A stretch of 63,944 nucleotides of DNA, counting the filler, from Saprolegnia diclina VS20 (lineage: Eukaryota): NCBI RefSeq assembly GCF_000281045.1. It is 4 parts of 2 records of this genome, joined end to end, with 100 filler letters (N's around TTAATTAATTAA, not from the genome) between each part and the next. Parts side by side here need not be neighbours in the genome. Positions count along the whole stretch, not along the records: positions 46,819 to 58,720 come from NW_008246101.1; positions 58,821 to 63,944 come from NW_008246102.1; 2 more parts are not named here. The stretch is one strand, 5' to 3'. The first letter of the stretch is position 1, and each line of letters begins with the position of its first letter. Shown here in pieces: positions 58,598-63,944 of this stretch. A program made the translations under genes and the position numbers. The notes beneath the pieces were generated by a model. That model had not been told where the DNA came from, made no database searches, and was given only the letters and a program-made list of their open reading frames with translations.

Positions 58598-58720
58598 CTA
58601 AAAGTTGAGGCCCATGGCCGTGAGCAGCTTCTTGGAGAACTCCATGCCGAGGAAGCACGCGGCGTTGGCCGGGAACGCACGGGCCATGGCCGGGCCCATG
58701 CCCTTGAAAAGCGCAGCGTG
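58598..58720 (-). CDS. C-terminal fragment of a mitochondrial carnitine/acylcarnitine-type carrier (rest in gap)
   Basis: HAALFKGMGPAMARAFPANAACFLGMEFSKKLL*; RAFPANAACF is characteristic of SLC25A20/BOU-type carriers. Confidence 0.8.
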   Translation of the reverse strand, partial: HAALFKGMGPAMARAFPANAACFLGMEFSKKLLTAMGLNF

Positions 58721-60861
58721 NNNNNNNNNNNNNNNNNNNNNNNNNNNNNNNNNNNNNNNNNNNNTTAATTAATTAANNNNNNNNNNNNNNNNNNNNNNNN
58801 NNNNNNNNNNNNNNNNNNNNGTTGACTTTTGTCTTGGCCAACGCGCCGTCGTCGCAATACCGTTAATCAACGCTTCGCATTCAATATAAAAGTTCCTACC
58901 AGCTCACCCAGGAAGGGACCTGTTTTGCGTCGATACCTGGAAATTCGACTTGCATTGGCGATCCGCTACAAGAGCATAGGATAAGGAAGTGTAAAACTAA
59001 CTGTGTAACGCAACGTATAAATGTTGCATTCAAATGTTGCATTAAAAAGATGAAAAACTTTACAGATTCACAAGCACAACGGTTTTCACTTAAGCGGGTT
59101 CGACTTTAAATGTATTTTCCCGTTGCAAAAACAAGGTCAGTCAATTGTAGAAGAAATCAATACTAAGAGGAAACCTTTTCGATCTGCCGATTTACTAGTT
59201 TCATAGAGAAACGTACTTGGTGATATTGATTCGTCGCTTTTTAGCAATTCTATTGATGAAGTTGATGAACAGCTGGAGCCAATAGCTAAGCTTGGACAGG
59301 CCGGTATACTTTTCTGTCAGCTCTTCCATGAGACCCTTCGAAACCTGATTGCTTCAAAATATCGACATTTCAGTGAAAAAGATCAACATGGGTCTCTTTG
59401 GGCGCCGACACGAAGTCGTAATGCATCCAAATACTTGACGACGAATGATGCTAACACCTACTGGTTACCAGCCGTCCCTGCCCCAATACGTCTCTATCAC
59501 TCTTTTTGTAGAAAATTCGCCTAGCTAACCGATTGTATGCGTCTGTTCTCGAGGCAACCTAGAGAGGCCTTTGCCAACTCTATTCTACGTGTTCGGTCTC
59601 CCAAGATGCCGTAAAACCAGTGCGCGTGTGAAGCAGCACGCAAATATACATTCGCGCAAACACAACGCGTATCTTTTTTTTTCGGGCTGTGATTGACTGT
59701 GTAATATAACGAGCACGCATATTAACTCTCATCTTATCACGGCGGCATTGGACTTATACCAATCAAGGCGCCAACGAAGCTTCTTAAACCGAATCAATTT
59801 TAGTTTGACTTTCAATCATTATGTTCTCAGTCACTTATAGTGGGAAGCTTGTTGTCTTTGACATAGCACACAGGCAGGTGTCTCTCGCGCACCACTTATG
59901 TAGTCGAATCGTGGGACACTCGCTCCTCTGGGTGAACTGCTACGTACCGAGCATGACTGGCTACAACTCTNNNNNNNNNNNNNNNNNNNNNNNNNNNNNN
60001 NNNNNNNNNNNNNNNNNNNNNNNNNNNNNNNNNNNNNNNNNNNNNNNNNNNNNNNNNNNNNNNNNNNNNNNNNNNNNNNNNNNNNNNNNNNNNNNNNNNN
60101 NNNNNNNNNNNNNNNNNNNNNNNNNNNNNNNNNNNNNNNNNNNNNNNNNNNNNNNNNNNNNNNNNNNNNNNNNNNNNNNNNNNNNNNNNNNNNNNNNNNN
60201 NNNNNNNNNNNNNNNNNNNNNNNNNNNNNNNNNNNNNNNNNNNNNNNNNNNNNNNNNNNNNNNNNNNNNNNNNNNNNNNNNNNNNNNNNNNNNNNNNNNN
60301 NNNNNNNNNNNNNNNNNNNNNNNNNNNNNNNNNNNNNNNNNNNNNNNNNNNNNNNNNNNNNNNNNNNNNNNNNNNNNNNNNNNNNNNNNNNNNNNNNNNN
60401 NNNNNNNNNNNNNNNNNNNNNNNNNNNNNNNNNNNNNNNNNNNNNNNNNNNNNNNNNNNNNNNNNNNNNNNNNNNNNNNNNNNNNNNNNNNNNNNNNNNN
60501 NNNNNNNNNNNNNNNNNNNNNNNNNNNNNNNNNNNNNNNNNNNNNNNNNNNNNNNNNNNNNNNNNNNNNNNNNNNNNNNNNNNNNNNNNNNNNNNNNNNN
60601 NNNNNNNNNNNNNNNNNNNNNNNNNNNNNNNNNNNNNNNNNNNNNNNNNNNNNNNNNNNNNNNNNNNNNNNNNNNNNNNNNNNNNNNNNNNNNNNNNNNN
60701 NNNNNNNNNNNNNNNNNNNNNNNNNNNNNNNNNNNNNNNNNNNNNNNNNNNNNNNNNNNNNNNNNNNNNNNNNNNNNNNNNNNNNNNNNNNNNNNNNNNN
60801 NNNNNNNNNNNNNNNNNNNNNNNNNNNNNNNNNNNNNNNNNNNNNNNNNNNNNNNNNNNNN

Positions 60862-62450
60862 AATGGTGACCTCTCTTCGCCCTTCTGCATCAACCTGAGT
60901 GTACTCCAAGGCTCTCTCTTGTGATGGCGCTCCAAATGATGTACCTCAAGCTGCCTAACTTCGATCAGGACGACCTCCAGATCGACTGGATGACTCATTA
61001 CAAGACACAAAGCCTCACGCACTCGCCTGTGCCCAATCGTTCCGCAGCGCTCGCCGTGCCTACTCACTGCGCCACCTGCGAGACTGGCTTCTTTTTTGGC
61101 GACACAAGTCGACGAGCTTGGCCGCCAGGGCCACCTGCTGGACCTCCGGTTCCAGGTCGCGCGGGTCGTACGACACTGCAGGACAGCCTCAAGCACCAGC
61201 AAAATGCTCCTCCCGTTCATCAACGGAGAGCTACCGGTCGTCGGCGACGGCGCGCAAGACTTCTGCCATAGCATTATCTTTGCGCCAAAACATGAAGCGT
61301 GCCTCGGCCTTAAGCCCGCGCTCGAGACTTGGACCGCTCACCACCTCTCTAATACATGAAGGCCGGAAGCAATGCCGCGCTCACGTCGTCCCCGGTTCTG
61401 GACTCGTCGGCGCCAAGCAATGCTTACGCGACTTAAAACAACTTTGCCCATGTCGACTTCGCCAACCCGGATACGGCACAAGCTCAAGACAAAAGCCGTG
61501 CCTGATCGGTTCCAATGCAAGCTGACCTCATTCGTGAGGGCCACGCATGTTTCCAGCGCTGTTACCACTGGTCCACAAACAACCGATTTGGTGCAACCCG
61601 TTTCTCCCGGTAAATTGGTGCAGTTGCGTCTAAGCCCTCCTATTGGCAAACTCGGTATCCACCCTCTTGCTGCAACACATCGACTGCGGTAGCCCAAAAT
61701 CGCGGATGTGGTCAAGATCGGGATCAGCCAAGCCCAGCACATCCACAACTTGATGCTCGCCACCTCCCTGGCGGAGACGCTCGCGACAAGAAAGAGCTCA
61801 ACGCGCCATCTAACCAACCGGTGATCGCCCCGGGCTGCACCGAAGGACAAATGGCTCGGCTAGCTTGCAAATACTATAAACGTCTTCTCGCCGCTCATCG
61901 CAAGCGCTGTTGCACCAGATTCCATCAGCTTCGAGCTCCGTTATATCAATTTATTACATGTCGTTTCAAAATGTTCGTGGCTTGCGTAGTTTTCACATCA
62001 TGTGTCCAAGCCGTCAAAGCGGCCATGCTGTACTTGCGCCATACTGGCTACTGTAGTTTTACCAGCCTACCCCGCAAGGAACTTGTTGAGATATCGTGTC
62101 GCCCGTGGCAAGCTGTGCTACAACCTTGTCCAGGCGCGCTGCCATTATGACCAAGTCGACACAGTGCCGTCTTTGCCGTAGGACCCGATCCACACGCTAC
62201 GCTATGAGCGTAAAAGTGTTGAAATCTTTTACCGCTGATAGCTATCCTTCGCGAATGGTGAAGGATCCATCACTGCTGTCGCGGATGCTGAGCAACCTTT
62301 GCGAATGGAATGTCGGGATCAAGGACGCACATTTCATCGAGGTATGTAGCCTGAATGGTCGTGGGTCCCTGTCGATGGAAAGGCAGCGCGCATTTGGCTG
62401 GCTTCACGCATGCAAGATTGCAACGCGAGAAAGTTTCGGGTAATACCAGC
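60862..62450 (+). mobile_element. Degenerate non-LTR (L1-like) retrotransposon remnant
   Basis: NGDLSSPFCINLSVLQGS resembles the RT QG motif (NG.LS.PF....GVRQG). IFAPKHEACLGL resembles the L1 PK.EGGLG motif. Many stops and frameshifts. Confidence 0.5.
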
Positions 62451-63944
62451 ATACACGAGCAGCAGCCCAAGAGCGCGCTCAGGATTCTACCCACTCATAC
62501 CAAGGGTACTGGCGATTAATCTGCTCGACGACGCGGACAATTTTTACCAACAATGCGACGTCATCAGTACCGCACGCAGCTCATAAGACGCTCGCGGTTT
62601 TTGTTTCCTCTTTCCCCCTTGCGACGGCAGCCGTCACAATTCTGGGCGCAGACCCGCGACCCAGCTGACGGCCAGCACGACAAGCCACAAGGCGGCGGCA
62701 ATACGACAGGCCATCGAGGGTCGCGGTCAAGGCGGCAGTCAAAGCCACGCCGACCAAGCACACTCGCCAATTCCGTCAGACGCTACGGCTGCGCCTCTTT
62801 TGATGACCGCGAGTCCCAATACAAGCCCGCGCAAATTGTCGAAGCTCAGGTGCCAGAGCTCTGTAAGGTACAAATGGGGCACCGGTGTTGACGGGCGGCT
62901 GCGTATTCGCGCGGTCGCGATGTCTCACACCAACGCCGACCGGCGGCGCGTTGGGAGGCTTTGAGGGTGGACTTGCAGCTGTGAAGCTGCCAAGATGGGT
63001 ACTCGTGCGTCCCACCTTAGACAAATCATACAACTACAGCCGCTCGGTTTGACAACATCGCCGGCACCAGCGACTCTGTCGTCTCGGCGTAATCAACCGC
63101 AACTGGGCCTGTGCGCGCTTCCGGGCGAGGCCAAGCTACTCGCCACTCGGACTGTCAAGGCGTCTTCGGACGTGATCGAGGCAAATGCTTCTCGATCTGC
63201 GTGCATCTTCACACAAGTGGAGGGTAGGACGATGACATGCCGTCAAGCATGATTCTCAAGAACCGGCTCAATGTCTATGATGCCAACGCCAAAGGGAAAG
63301 AGAAGAAAGGGACAATACAGCACCTCCTGCGTGTGAAGCAGGAATCCACCGACTGGACAAATGGTGGTCCATTAGTGTACCGCCCGAGTTCACGGCGTAC
63401 ACGATGGTTGATTATTTAGCGGCGCTCGCTACATGGCTCGACTGAACCAACCACGAGGCGCGTCTACGTCTTGAGCTCAAGCAAGACCTGCGCACTCAGC
63501 GTTTTGGTGAACACCTCAAGCGTCCTTCGTAGGCGAAGACAGCGTTAAACTGCGAGTCTCAGTTTGGCAGCTGGCAGCGGCAGCGCGGGTGCACCCCAAT
63601 CCCCGTGGTCGTACTGGTGCGCGGGTGTCGTCGGCAGATCACCGCCCCAGGAAACGACGCTCCCCTAAAAGCTCAGCTCGCTCGTCATGGTCACCCGCGG
63701 CGTGCCGCGGAACCCAGGTTCTACCTGCCGGCACCACGCCAATCTTCACCGACGATTTCTTAAAGAAGGATCAATGCGGTAGCTGCTGCCCACTCGGCCT
63801 CGAGAAGATGAGCCTCCAACCTCTCTCCGACGTCGGACGTCTCATCCACGTCTTGTCTTTTTCGAGCGGCGAGTCGTTCAAACATTCACACTTCAGCAAG
63901 GACGTCCTACCACTGCTCTCGTGGCTATGCGGCTTCGCCGACGC

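Noticed and set aside
59821..61274. Long ORFs made mostly of X (also at 20315-21067 and 45838-46417)
   Set aside because: Artefacts of translating through N gaps.
62450..63944. Short ORFs at the window end
   Set aside because: No coding bias or recognisable motifs; possibly decayed repeat, but unsupported.

Overview
Eukaryotic, gene-dense, GC-rich draft-assembly scaffold that looks like an oomycete (probably Saprolegniales; inferred from very short ~40-65 nt GT-AG introns, codon usage, gene content and N-gaps padded with TTAATTAATTAA). About 30 protein genes, many split by introns and only partly visible in the ORF track: a MYND-finger protein, an Hv1-like voltage-gated proton channel, two USPs, an AT-hook protein, an RPC7-like protein, a ricin-lectin protein, two mitochondrial carriers, SPAG1-like, CSL4, an LC8 dynein light chain, GrpE, a bacterial-type RtcB, an RTEL1-like helicase, an F-BAR/PH protein, APC10, a GH3 glucosidase, Hsp10, DOHH, a Sec14 protein, TTC4, ADPRM, MED18 and TAF6. 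Accessory or decayed material includes two Tc3-like HTH sequences, a tandem family of Cys/His-rich unknown proteins, an inverted pair of decayed membrane-protein paralogs, a tRNA-Gly-like pseudogene and a LINE remnant. The most notable observations are (1) the intron-hidden Hv1-like channel carrying the diagnostic residues, (2) a tRNA pseudogene with two TA->TACATGTA insertions that match Tc1/mariner excision footprints, abutting a Tc3-like relic, (3) an intronless bacterial-type RtcB, and (4) a 31-bp palindrome that would bury a 3' splice site. All calls come from manual translation and motif recall; no database searches were run. Exon boundaries are my manual models.
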